Below, in pieces: positions 25,401 through 37,343 of a DNA stretch of 64,000 nucleotides. A program made the position numbers and the translations under genes. Source of the stretch: Squalus acanthias (lineage: Eukaryota); contig CM059432.1 in NCBI GenBank assembly GCA_030390025.1, positions 77,874,001 to 77,938,000 of the forward strand, written 5' to 3'. Below the pieces are notes generated by a model. That model made no database searches. It was given only the letters and a program-made list of their open reading frames with translations, and had not been told where the DNA came from. Numbering within the stretch: the first letter of the stretch is position 1; each line of letters begins with the position of its first letter.

Positions 25401-26713
25401 ACCGTGAGGGATTATGGAGTGTCCTCCTCAAATTCGGCTGCCCTCAAAAGTTTGTCACCATCCTCCGCTTGCTTCACGACAACATGCAAGCCGTGATCCT
25501 GACCAACGGATCCACCACAGACCCAATTCACGTACGGACCGGGGTCAAGCAAGGCTGTGTCATCGCACCCACGCTCTTCTCGATCTTCCTGGCTGCAATG
25601 CTCTATCTCACCCTCAGTAAGCTCCCTGCTGGAGTGGAGCTAATCTACAGAACAAACAGGTAACTGTTCAACCTCCGTCGCCTCCAGTCCAGATCCAAGG
25701 TTGTCCCATCCTCTGTCATCGAATTACAGTATGCAGACGATGCTTGCATCTGTGCACACGCTGAGGTCGAACTCCAAACCATCGTCAACACCTTCACCGA
25801 AGCGTACGAGAGCATGGGCCTTACACTAAACATCCGTAAGACAACGGTCCTCTACCAACCTGCCCCTGCCACACAGTACTGCTCCCCGATTATCAAAATC
25901 CATGACGAGGCCTTGGACAACGTGAACCACTTTCCATACCTCGGGAGCCTACTGTCAACAAGGGCAGACGTCAATGACGAAGTCCAACACCGCCTTCAGT
26001 GTGCCAGTGCAGCCTTCGGTCGACTGAGGAAGAGAGTGTTTGAAGACCAGGACCTCAAACCCAGCACCAAGCTCATGGTCTACAGAGCAGTAGTGATACC
26101 CGCCCTGCTGTATGCCTCAGAGACATGGACCATGTACAGCAGGCTCCTCAAAGCACTGGAGAGGTACCACCAACGCTGCCTCCGCATGATCCTGCAAATC
26201 CATTGGCAGGATAGGCGCACCAACGTCAGTGTTCTCGCTCAGGCCAACATCCCCAGCATCGAAGCTTTGACCGCGCTCGATCAGATCCGATGGACGGGTC
26301 GCATCGTCCGCATGCCTGATACGAGACTCCCAAAACAAGCGCTCTACTCGGAGCTCCGACATGGCAAGAGAGCCCCAGGTGGGCAGAGTAAACGCTTCAA
26401 GGACACCCTCAAAGCCTCCTTTAAAAAGTGCAACATTCCCACTGACACCTGGGAATCCCTGGCCCAGGACTGTACAAAGTGGAGGAGAAGCCGAACACCT
26501 CGAGTCTCTTCGCCGGGAGCAAGCGGAAGCCAAGCGCAAACAGCGGAAGGAGCGCACGTCAACCCAAGTACCCCACCCACCCGCCCCTTCAACCACCGTC
26601 TGCCCCACCTGTGACAGAGACTGTAGGTCCCGCATTGGACTCATCAGTCACCTGAGAACTCATTTGTAGTGTGGAAGCAAGTCATCCTCGGTTCCGAGGG
26701 ACTGCCTAAGAAG
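22470..26713 (+). mobile_element. Near full-length RTE-clade LINE (APE + RT + C-terminal C2H2), disrupted by frameshifts and a MITE
   Basis: ATG at 22621 gives MKFGTWNVRTL..DIAALSETR, then HWHLLDYVIVR, GNYRGVSLLS, FDLTKAFDTVNR, GVKQGCVIAP, LQYADD and CPTCDRDCRSRIGLISHLRTH. taagaag tail. Confidence 0.93.
23523..24418. mobile_element. Non-autonomous PIF/Harbinger-like element nested in the RTE
   Basis: TIRs GGGGTAAAAATT / AATTTCTACCCC, 3-bp TSD AGA, many subterminal (ta)gcgcc motifs. Confidence 0.85.
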
Positions 26714-27084
26714 AGATACAGCTAGGAGAGAGAAAGCGTAAGCCAATGGCCTGGATTTACGGGGCCTATGACCCCGTACGCACAGTGTACGTGGTCATAA
26801 GTGCCTTGCAAGTTCCGGGTTTTCACATGCGTGAAAACCCGGAACTTGTGATCTGTCATTTTCAGCTCGACAGATGATCCGCATGCGCAGGAAATGGATA
26901 TTCGCTGGCGGATTTGCCCAACTACTGCCCAGCGAATGCCCACGAAACAATTACACTTGGTAAAAGCAGGTGTAGGGCCTTCTTTTACCAGTGTAAGGGT
27001 GAAAATAAATGTTAAAATAAAAATGTTTAAATCATTTAAACATTCAAAAATCTTTAAAATTAGTTTAGGTTATTTTTACATAAG

Positions 27085-28693
27085 ATTACATAGGATATAC
27101 AACACAGAAACAGGCCATTCGTCCCAACCAGTCCATGCCAGCGTTTATACGCCACTCGAGCCTCCTCCCGTCTTTCCTCATCTAACGCTATCAGGTTCGA
27201 ATCTGACCTCGGGTGACTGTCTGTGTGGAGTTTGCACATTCTCCCCGTGTCTGCGTGGGTTTTCTCCGGGTGCTCCGGTTTCCTCCCACAGTCCAAAAAT
27301 GTGTGGGTTAGGTTGATTTGGCTATGATAAATTGACCCTTAGTGTTAGGGGGGATTAAATATGTGGGGTTATGGGGATAGGATGGGATATGTTAGGGGGA
27401 ATTAAATACATGGGGTTACGGGGGTAGGGTGGGATATGTGTAGTGTGGGGATTAAAGCAGAGACAGGGTACTGGATTTGGATGATCAGCCATGATCGTAT
27501 TGAATGGCGGAGCAGGCTCGACGGGCCGAATGGCCTACTCCTGCTCCTAGATTCTATGTTTCTATGTTTCTATTACCCTCTATTCCCTTCTCCCTCATGT
27601 TCTTATCTAATGCCCCTTAAATGCATCTATACTATTCACTTCAACCAATCTCTGTGGTAGCAAGTTCCACATTTTCACCACTCTCTGGGTAAAGAATTTC
27701 TTCTGAATTCCCGATTTGATTTCTTGGTGACGATCTTATATTGATGGCCTCTAGTTATGCTCTTCCCCACAAGTGGAAACACTCTCTCTGTATCTACTCT
27801 ATCAAAACCTTTCATAATTTTAAAGACCTCTATTAGGTCACCCCTCAGCCTTCTCTTTTCAAGAGAAAAGAGACTTAGCCTGTTCATCCTTTCCTATTCT
27901 GGTATCATCCTTGTAAATCTCTCTGCACCCTCTCCAGTGCCTCTATATCCTTTTTATAATATGGCGACCAGAACTGTACGCAGTACTCCCAGGTGTGGTC
28001 TAGGTGTGGTCTAACCAAGGTTCTATACAGGTTTACCATAACTTCACTACTTTTCAATTCTATCCCTCTAGAAATAAAACCTAGTGCTTGGTTTGCTTTT
28101 TTTATGGCCTTGTTAACCTGTGTCGCTACTCTTAGTGATTTGTGTATTTGTACTCCGAGATCCTCTACCCCACCCAGACTCGCACCCTCCAAATAATAAG
28201 TGACCTCCCTATTCTTCCTACCAAAATGTAATACCTCACATTTATCTGTGTTGAAATTCATTTGCCAATTAGATGTCCATTCTGCAAGTTTATTAATGTC
28301 TTCCTGTAATTTGTTGCAGTCCTCCTCAGTATTGACTATCTCCGTCCCCCCCCCCCCCCCGAAATTTAGTGTCATCCGCAAATTTAGAAATTGTGTTTTT
28401 GATTCCAAAGTCTAAATCGTTAATATAAATTGTGAACAACAGTGGTCCCAGCACTGATCCTTGTGGGACCCCACTTTCCACCTTCTGCCACTCTGAATAG
28501 CTACCCTTTACCCCTACTCTCTGCATTCTGTCTTGAAGCCAGCTAGCTATCTATTGTTACTTGTCCCCTGACTCCACATGCTCTGACCTTATTCATTAGT
28601 CTATTATGTGGTACCTTATCGAAGGCCTTTTGAAAATCTAGATGAATTACATCTACTACATTACTCTTGTCTACCTCTTCAAAGAATTCAATT
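27085..28693 (-). mobile_element. CR1 LINE RT/3' part
   Basis: [28 protein letters not shown] and KRRLRGDLIEVFKI. Confidence 0.9.
27194..27571 (+). mobile_element. V-SINE (HE1-like) nested in the CR1 3' UTR
   Basis: B box ggttcgaatc, V-domain gtgtggagtttgcacattctccccgtgtctgcgtgggtttt...tcctcccacagtccaaa, CR1-derived tail (tctatgtt)n. Confidence 0.85.
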
Positions 28694-29522
28694 TGGCCCC
28701 TTTAAAAATGTTTAAATTTATTTTTCAAAAAATTAAATTTGTGTTTTAAATGTTGAATTAAATTGCATTTTTATTCATTTTAAACATGTGGTGATTTATT
28801 TTTATTTAGTTTGTGTGAAAGTGTGTTTTTTATGTCATTCCTATTATGCTTATGGGGATTCCATACGTAACTTTTTGATTGGTTGGGCCGGCTGACATAA
28901 TCCCAGGGACGCATGTGAACCGCGTGCGCCCCGGGATACTTGGGCCTTTACACAGGCATAAACTTGCAGGCCCAGGACTACAAGAAGTCCGAAGATACGG
29001 AGGCACCAGGTAGGTGCATACTTTTCTTGCGGATCAGAGGCATTCGTCCACGGGAAGCTTCCGACCGCATTTTCAGGTCCAATATATTTAAAATCTTACA
29101 TCTAACACACTTCCTGTTTGTCACACTTCCTGTGTCATGATTTTGTTGTCATGCTATTTGCATCACACCTTGGTGTAACAACTAGAATTATTTTCATTTG
29201 TACGTTTGCATAGGCTTATATACTTACCTTAATACTTAAGTTTGACCCCTCCAGAAGCTAGAAGGCACTATGAAACTTTACCCCTTCCTTGGTGACTTGC
29301 CACTGAACCTCTCAGCGGTCCCACCTTCCCCAGCCAGCACCCTCCACCTTCCCGATGGTCACCTGCCAACCCTATTGCCATTACATTGGCCATCTCCTCC
29401 CTCCTTGATGGTCTTCATGGCAGATTGCCACATCCTCTTCCATCCCTGCCCACCTGCCCTACTTTCCCCCACTAATCATGGACCTTAAGCCACACATCTG
29501 CACACCCTGCCACCTGCTTAAC

Positions 29523-30376
29523 GACGATACGATAGCAAAATACTGCGGATGCTGGAAATCCGAAATAACAACAGAAAACGCTGGAAAAACTCAGCAGGCC
29601 AGGCAGCACCCGTGGAGAGAGAAACAGAGTTAACGTTTCAGGTCAAAGTCCTTTTGTCAGAACTGGAAAAAAGCAGGAAATGAAATAGATTTTAAAGCAA
29701 GTATAATGCTGGGAAAAGGGGGAGGGGATGAAAGAACAAAAGGGAAGATCAGTAATAGGATAGTAAGCAGGAGAGATTGAGAGACATTAAGAGATATTCA
29801 AGGCAAGAGGAGGTGGTAATGTGACAGGTTGAGGAACAACGGATGGCTCTAGATGAAGTGTGAAATGCGCTGGCAGAATGAAGGACAGCTGCCAGCTTCT
29901 GGGAGGGAAGAAAAAAAAGGGCCCAAACAAAAGGGTGGATAAAAAAATAAAATAAAAATATATATATGTGATGGGGGCCGGGGTTATGATCTGAAATTGT
30001 TGAACTCTATGTTGAGTCCAGAGGGTTGTAGAGTGCCGAAACGAAAGATGAGGTGCTGTTCCTCGAGCTTACGCTGAGCTTCCGTGGAACAATGCAAGAG
30101 GCCGAGGACGGTGAGGTCAGAGTGGGAGTGGAGCGGAGAATTAAAGTGACAGGCCACCGGGAGCTCGGGGTCCCCCTTACGGACTGAACGGAGGTGTTCC
30201 GCAAAGCGGTCACCCAATCTGCGTTCGGTCTCCCCAATGTAGAGGAGACCACATCGTGAGCAGCGAATGCAGTATACTAAATTGCAGGAAGTACAAGTAA
30301 ATCGCTGTTTCACCTGGAAGGGGTGTTTGGGGCCCTGGACAGTGGGAAGGGGGGAGGTATAAGGGCATGTGTTGCA
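29523..30376 (-). mobile_element. Penelope-like element 3' part with an intact GIY-YIG C-terminal ORF (29984-30313)
   Basis: NLVYCIRCSRCGLLYIGETERRLGDRFAEH...GTLQPSGLN. TSD tgcttaac. Hammerhead core mutated (CUGACAA). Confidence 0.92.
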
Positions 30377-30434
30377 TGCTTAACAACCCTTGCTATGAAG
30401 AAGTTATACTATATATAGCGTTTTTAAAAACTAA

Positions 30435-30611
30435 GGTGGCAATTTTGCACAGGGGTTCTCCTAATTGTCCACTGTAACTTTGGCGGAAGAGTCGCAGAAA
30501 CCCCGGAAAAACATCAAAAAATGTTGTTTATAACATTTTTCTTGTATTTCCATGGTTCTTCCACCGATGTTACTGTGGACGAGTGGGAGAACCCCGTGGA
30601 AATTCACCCCC
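30435..30611. mobile_element. Foldback (palindromic) MITE, Harbinger-like
   Basis: The left ~75 nt are an imperfect reverse complement of the right ~75 nt. TAA on both sides. Confidence 0.7.
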
Positions 30612-30924
30612 TAAAAGTTCATTTACTGGCTCAGTCCAGGGAAATGGATTTAGTTTTTTATTAAAGTTTCAAGGGGTGAAGAGCACATGGATATGGAGAC
30701 AGAGAGTTGGGCTTACTGGAACAGTGTAGATTTTAGAATACGGGTTACAATGGGAAGGAGGCAGACAGCAAGAGGGGGCTATAGTTGATGGAAGGGGGAT
30801 GGTGTAGCAGTCTCTGTGGAAAGCAACAATAGTGATTAAGAAAAAGGAAAGAGCAGAAAAGATGAAAAGATCAGAGAACGGAGGGCAGTCCAAACTTGCG
30901 ATGCTCACGGGGAATGTTGCAAAG

Positions 30925-31145
30925 GAATGTCCTGGCCAATATTTATCTGTCAACCAACATCATTAAAGCAGATTATCTGGTCATTATCACAATGCTGTTT
31001 GTCGGAGCTTGCTGTGCGCAAATTAGCTTCTGCGTTTCCTACATTACAACAGTGACTACACTTCAAAAAGTACTTCATTGGCTGTAAAGCGCTTTGGGAC
31101 GTCCGGTGGTCGTGAAAGGCGCTATATAAATGCAAGTCTTTCTTT
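30925..31145 (+). mobile_element. DeuSINE-like SINE 3' half
   Basis: cctggccaatatttat...ggcgctatataaatgcaagtctttcttt. Confidence 0.8.
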
Positions 31146-31613
31146 TTACATTTCAAAGATAAACCAAAGCGATTAGGACAAAGCGATGCAAGTCAACCGT
31201 GAGGGGTGGTAGGTGGTAGGAGTGACGGAGCAACAGCATAGCAGTGATCATTATACTGGAGAGTGTGATATAGTGCAAAGGAGTAAGCTAACCAAATCTA
31301 AATGAATTGTAACCACTTTAAGCACGTTACCTCCTCACATAAATAACCCGTCATCTCCTGCCTGATATGAAAAGAGACAGACAAAATTAGAAGATGACAC
31401 AGAGAGAAGGTAAACAGGAGGTAGAGAGAAAGAAAAATGCCAATATGAAGATTAAGAGGTGACAGAGACAATCCTGACTCACCAGAATCAGCACGATGGA
31501 AGATCCAGAGCAAGAGAGTGAGAGTGAAAGCAAGCAAGAGACTCGTATAAGTAGATAGGTATGTTCTGATAATCTGAGTCCCAACACAATAAGAGTAGAG
31601 CTGGTTTACTCAC

Positions 31614-31674
31614 CTAACATACGAATGTACAGTGCAGTCTGATCTGAGCTTTCATACGATATTGCTCCCCGTCT
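31614..31674 (-). CDS. PDE7A: PDE7A coding exon (equivalent to human exon 2), 61 bp, [20 protein letters not shown](G)
   Basis: Minus strand tttcag|AGACGGGGAGCA...ATGTTAG|gtgagt. Peptide nearly identical to human PDE7[22 protein letters not shown]. Phase 0 to 1. Confidence 0.96.
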
Positions 31675-31964
31675 CTGAAAAATAAGAGACCGACACAGAA
31701 GTTGTTACATTTCAAGAAAGAGTTCACCTCCAAAAAGCAGAAGGTGCTTCTCAGCAAAGTACCAAAAAAAGGCATTTTCATACTGTACTGTGAAAACATT
31801 TTTTTCTTTTTAAAATAGGCTGGGGGAAGTACATAGTTTTGAGTAATAAAATAAAATGTGGACAGAGTTGGCATTCATTTTAGAATGCACTCAACTGGGT
31901 TTGACTGGAAGAAAAAAAGCACCAATGGTTATGAGTCAACTCCATGAGTCCAACCTGATCTGGA

Positions 31965-33230
31965 ACACAGGAACAGAAGTAGGCCATTGAGCCCCTCAAG
32001 CCTGTTCCGCCATTCTATATCATCTCAGCTCCATTTACCCATCTTTGCTCCTTATCCCTTGATACCCTTACTTAACAAAAATCTATTGATCTCACGACTT
32101 GAAAATTCTGTTAGGTAAGTGTATGAAGGGATATGGAACCAAGGTGGGTAAATGGAGTTAGGTTACAGATCAGCCATGATCTAACCGAATGGCGGAACAG
32201 GCTCGAGGGGCTGAATGACCTACTCCTGTTCCTATGTTCTTATGACCCAGCATCCACAGCCTTCTGGGGGATAGAATTCCACATTTCCACTACCAAGGCC
32301 CATGTATCCTTCCTGAGGTTCAATGCCCAGAACTGAGTGCAATACTCCAGATGGAGTCTGACCAAGGCTCTTGTACAAAGAAGCATAACCTCCTCCCCTT
32401 TGTATCTCAATCCTCTTGAAATAAAGGCTAACATTGTAACTGTACATTAGCTTTTAGTGATTTGTATATCTAGACACCAAAATCCCTTTGATCCTCCAGT
32501 TTCTAGTCTCTCACCAGTAACAAAATATCTAGATGTGTCTTTCTTGGATCCACCTTATACTTCCCCACATTGAACTCTATCTGCCACAGTTTTGGCCACT
32601 CAATTAATCTGTCCATGTCCCTTTGTAACTTCTAAATTAGTGCCATACAAACTTATATGTGAAAAACTGAGGCCCCAATACAGTTCCTGGGGAATACCAC
32701 TTGTCACATTCCGCTAATCAGAATATCATAGAATAGCACAGCACAGAAGGAGGCCATTCGGCCCATCGAGTCTGCGCCGGCTCTTTTGAAGAGCAATCCA
32801 GTTAGTCCCACTCCCCCCGCTCTTTCCCCATATCCCGACAATTTTTTCTCTAAGTATTTATCCAAGTCCCTTTTGAAGGCTACTACTGGATCTGTATCCA
32901 CCACCCTATCAGGCAGTGCATTCCAAATCCTAACCACTCGTTGCGTAACAAAGTTTTTCCTCATGTCGCCTCTGGTTCCTTTGCCAATCGCCTTAAGTTC
33001 CCTTTATCCCTTCTCTCAGTCTCCTATCTCCCAACCGACAACATCCTCTAGCCACCATGCTACTGACCATCTCAAAAAATTCATCCAGATTAGTCTGACA
33101 TGACTTTACAAATCCATGTTGATTCTCTTTAATCAGCTCATACTTGTTTAAATACGCAGTCACTCTGTCCCTGGTGGTAGATCCCAATAACTTCTCCACA
33201 ACGGAGGTTAAACTGACATGCTAGTTTCTC
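31965..33230 (-). mobile_element. Cluster of nested and rearranged CR1 fragments
   Basis: LAFISRGLRYK..LVRLHLEYC, QHGFVKSCQTNL and FVTQRVVRIWNALP. Includes an inverted CR1 tail at ~32110-32243. Confidence 0.75.
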
Positions 33231-33239
33231 TCTCCTGTG

Positions 33240-33640
33240 CCTCAGTGGCAGCACTCTTGCCTGAGTCAGAAGGTTATGGGTTCAAGCCCCACTCCAGATA
33301 TTTGAGCACAAAATCTAGACTGACACTCCAGTGCAGTACTGAGGGAGTGCTGCACTAAGGTGCCGTCTTTCGGATGAGATGTTAAACAGAGGCCCCGTCT
33401 ACCCTCTCAGGTGGGCATAAAAGATCCTATGGCACTATTTGAATAGTCCTGGCCAATATTTATCCCTCAAACAACACTAAAACAGATTACCTGTTTATGG
33501 GGCCTTGCTAAGTGTAAATTGGCTGCCTTGTTTCCTGCATTACAACAGTAACTACATTTCAAAAGTACTTCATCAGCTGTAAAGCGCTTTGTGACGTCCT
33601 GAGGTTGTGATAGGCGCTATATTAATGCAAATCTTTCTTT
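33240..33640 (+). mobile_element. Full-length DeuSINE/SacSINE1-like SINE
   Basis: tRNA-like head (ctcagtgg...gggttcaagccc), central gcagtactgagggagtgctgcac...ccgtctttcggatgagatgttaaac, L2-type tail. Confidence 0.82.
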
Positions 33641-33959
33641 CCTGTCATAAACATTTGCAATTTTCCAAATCCAAGGGCACAATTCACGAATAAGAGTGTT
33701 AAAAAGCCTCTACAACCTCTCAGCATCGACAGAGCCTGGTTCACATCCTTTCCTAATTTCTGTTTCTCCAATGAGGACAAGTTCAGCTCCATCAATCACT
33801 GCTCATTTATCAGGCATTCGTTAACCCATTGACTTAACTGGGATAGATCTGTGTGGCCAAATGACAAGTAGAAGGAAGACTGACTGCAATGAATCTCCCT
33901 TTTTAATCTTCACCTAGGTAATACCAACAAATTTATATTATTGGTACTGTAGTTTATAA

Positions 33960-35005
33960 ATACTGTGAACAGGAGCACCACAAAAGACTCCAGCGAACAG
34001 CTCGCAGACTCAAGGAAATTAGGGAGGAGGTAGCAGAGACACTATTATATAAGAAATAGTTCCATAGAAGAGGGGATAGTGCCAGAGGACTAGCGGACAA
34101 GTAATGTTGTTCCTTTATACAAAAAGAGAGACAGGACAAAACCTGGGAACTATAGACCAGTCAGCTTAATGTCAGTGATAGGAAAGATACTGGAATCTAT
34201 ACTAAAATAAAGTGATAGAAAAGCATCTAAAGAGATGGTAAATATGATAAAAAATAGTCAGCATGGATTCCAAAAGGCTAAGTCATGCTTAACTAACCTG
34301 ATAGAATTCTTTGAAGAGGTAACAAAAAGAGTAAACAAGGGTAATGCAGTAGATTATACTTGGATTTGCAAAAGGCCTTCGATAAGGTACCACATGGTTG
34401 GCACATAACAAAGGTTAGGGCATGTGGAGTCAGGGGACAAATAGCTGAATGGATGGCAAATTGGCTAAAAAATAGAAAGCAGAGAGTAGGGGTAAAGGGT
34501 AGTTAATCAGATTGGAGGAAGGTAGAAAGCCATGTTCCACAATGATCAGTGCTGGGGCCACTGTTATTCATAATTTACGTTAATGCTTTGGACTTAGGAA
34601 CAGGTAACTCAATATCAAAATTGCAGATGATACCAAACTGGGGTGGGGGGGTTAAAGCTAATACTGAGCAACATAATACAAGACGACATTAGAAAATTTG
34701 CAGACTGGGCAGTTAAGTGCCAAATGAATGTTTAAATAGATAAATGTGAGGTGATGCACTTTGGTAGGAAAAATAGAAACATCAACTACACCTTAGAAAA
34801 TAATAAAAAAAACTGAATGGGGTAGAAGAGCAAAGGGATCTAGAGATACAGGTAAACAAATCAATAAAAGCAGCATCGGAGGTTACCAAAGCAATTAAAA
34901 ATCCTAACAAAACACTGGGAATTATTTCCAGGGGTACAGAATTCAAAAGTAATGAATTTATGTTAAACTTGTATAGGACCCTGGTCAGACCACACGAGTA
35001 CTGAG
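33960..35005 (+). mobile_element. Degraded CR1 RT fragment
   Basis: Homologous to NYRPVSL, QHGF, KAFDKVPH and LVRPH regions, with many stops. Confidence 0.8.
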
Positions 35006-35283
35006 CGGGCCACAAACTCCTTTGAGCGTGACCTTTTCGTCCATGAGCAAATTTTACAACAACAACTACAGTTACAACAACAACCTTTACAATAACAACT
35101 TTTATAACAACCACTTAAAAGCATATATGCAGTAATGCCATGGTGCCACCCTACCTTCTCAAATCATGAGACAATCAGACAAGGTTTTATACAAGTTTAA
35201 CATAACTTCTCTGCTTTTGAAATGAACCCCAGTGCTTTATTTGCACTTTTATGGCTTTTTTAACCTGCGTTACTACTTTTAAT

Positions 35284-36005
35284 AACAACAGAAAGTGCTG
35301 GAAACACTCAACAGGTCAGGCAGCATCGAGGAGAGAGAAACAGTCAATGTTTCGGGTCGAACCATTCGTCAGAACTGGAAAAGGTTAAGGAAGAGAGATT
35401 GTTAAGCAGGGGCAGGGAGGAGGGGAGGAAAGAACAAAGAACAAAACTTGCGGACTGCGTGACCCTGAGCTTCCGGTCACCTGTCACTTTAATTCTCCCC
35501 TCCACTCCCACTCTGATCTCTCTGTAAGCTCGAGGAACAGCACCTCATCTTTCTAATAGGCACTTTACAGCCTTCTGGACTTAACATCGAGTTCAACAAT
35601 TTCAGACTATGAATTGGCCCTTGTATTTCTTTATATATTTTTTTCTCTTCTTTCCTCACATGGTAGCTGTTAATGTTGCTGCCATCATCATTCACACATC
35701 ATCTAGAGCCATCTTTTGTTTCTTAACTTGTCCCATTAACTCTCCTTTTGCCTCGCACTATCATCCCTTTTGTCAGTCAATCTCTCCTGCCTTCCAGCCT
35801 ATCACAGACTTTCCCTTTGTTCTTTCCTCCCCTCCTCCCTGCCCCTGCTTAAAAATCTCTCTTCCCTAACCTTTTCCAGTTCTGACGAATGGTTCGACCC
35901 GAAACATTGACTGTTTCTCTCTCCTCGATGCTGCCTGACCTGCTGAGTGTTTCCAGCATTTTGTTGTTATTTCAGATTTCCAGCATCAGCAGTATTTTGC
36001 TATTG
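35284..36005 (+). mobile_element. Penelope insertion with an inverted 5' terminal repeat, nested in a minus-strand CR1 (35180-36185)
   Basis: ~160-bp inverted arms, GIY-YIG tail remnant, 11-bp TSD ctacttttaat, two hammerhead motifs. Confidence 0.85.
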
Positions 36006-36638
36006 CTACTTTTAATGATTTGTGAATCTATACCCCTAGATCCCTTTGCACCTCTACCCCATTTAAACTCTTATTTTCCAAGGATTAGGTAGCCTCCTTA
36101 TTCCTCCTACCAAAATGCACCACCTCACACGTATCTATATTGAAATTCATTGTCATTTACATGTCCATTCTGCAAGTTTGTTTATGGTAGAATTCATTAA
36201 AAGCTTTTAGTTCATCATGTACAAACTCTATTAAAAAAATACTTGTCAGAAATGACTGGTATATAAAAGAACTGCATGATAATGCATTAACACTTCAGAA
36301 ACGTCACTCAGTTACACGGTTACATAGTGACAAACAATCCAAAAGCCCAAGGTGAGCTGAAAGAGGCATATCTATTCATGCAATTAGTATTAATTTTAAA
36401 GTTTTCAATGTATTAGCCCATCCCTCATGTCGCTATAGCAATGGCTGCACAAGCAGCGGCTTTCCTATGGCGCGGACGTGCTGTACGTCCACATAAGTAA
36501 TTAGAATATTAATCACAATGCAACCAGACAACCAACAAATATAAAGAGCTGTAGTTCTTTAGTTCACAGTATTAAAAAGAATTGAACAAAAACAGGTATC
36601 CATATTTTCAACTTCAATCACTTCCATTAATAAACGTT

Positions 36639-37343
36639 GGGAGCTAAATTCGGTTGATTTGCGCCTCCCGTTAGCGCCCTCTTAGGGCGCGAACGGGGCA
36701 AAAATCAACTAGCGCCTGGGTGCGGCGCCGCTAACGCCTCCCGGGAAATTCAGCGGGAGGCTAGTGGCGGCGCTAACCGTTAGCACGTGCAGCGCTGCGC
36801 CGCCGGCAATGACGTCATCACCGTACGCAGCACCCCGCTCGCGCCCCGGCTGTAATACTGGGTGGCACCCCCCGACTTACCGCCGGACGCTTTGACCGCC
36901 GGGGTCAAGGGAGCCTATCTGCGGCCGGGGCGGCGCTAGTTAAAGGGGATCTGGCGGGTGACCATTTTTCTTGCTGGCCGCCTGCCAGCACCTGCCCCCG
37001 TTGCTGTCCCCGGCCCCCTTGAAGCCCCCCCCCACGCCTGGCACTCCTCGAGTGCCGGGCTCGTTTGCCGGCACTCCCAATCCCTGGTGGCCCAGCTGGG
37101 CGCCAGGACACGCTGTGCCAGGCCCTTCCCCTTTAATAAGGGAAAGGCCTGCAGTACCGCAGCGCAACGTGCCACAGCACCGCGATATTGGCTCGCAGCG
37201 CCCCAAGAGGGACGCGGGGCGCTTCCAGTAGCGCCCCTCCTCCCTCTCGGGGAGCTACCTGGGAAAATCGGCCGCGGGGGCGCTAACTTTTTCGGGGCGC
37301 TAAAATTAGAGGCCCAAAGGGGGCGCTACCCTATTTTTACCCC
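36639..37343. mobile_element. Non-autonomous Harbinger-like element, same family as 23523-24418
   Basis: Shared gcgcctcccgttagcgcc subterminal sequence. Right end tatttttacccc. CpG-rich. Confidence 0.75.

Larger units (their letters stand above)
26748..29080. mobile_element. Probable Harbinger-like MITE expanded by a nested CR1 and SINE
   Basis: Ends GGCCTGGATTTACGG / CCGCATTTTCAGGTCC, with AAT on both flanks. Internal hairpins. Confidence 0.55.

Noticed and set aside
31675..31800. Hydrophobic MFSQYSMKMPFFGTLLRSTFCFLE as a PDE7A2-like first exon
   Set aside because: Would need a 53-nt intron with a weak donor (gtgaac), which is too short for typical vertebrate splicing.
36639..37343. CpG island holding PDE7A exon 1
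   Set aside because: The CpG richness comes from a Harbinger-like element related to 23523-24418, and I found no MEVCYQLP-like peptide.
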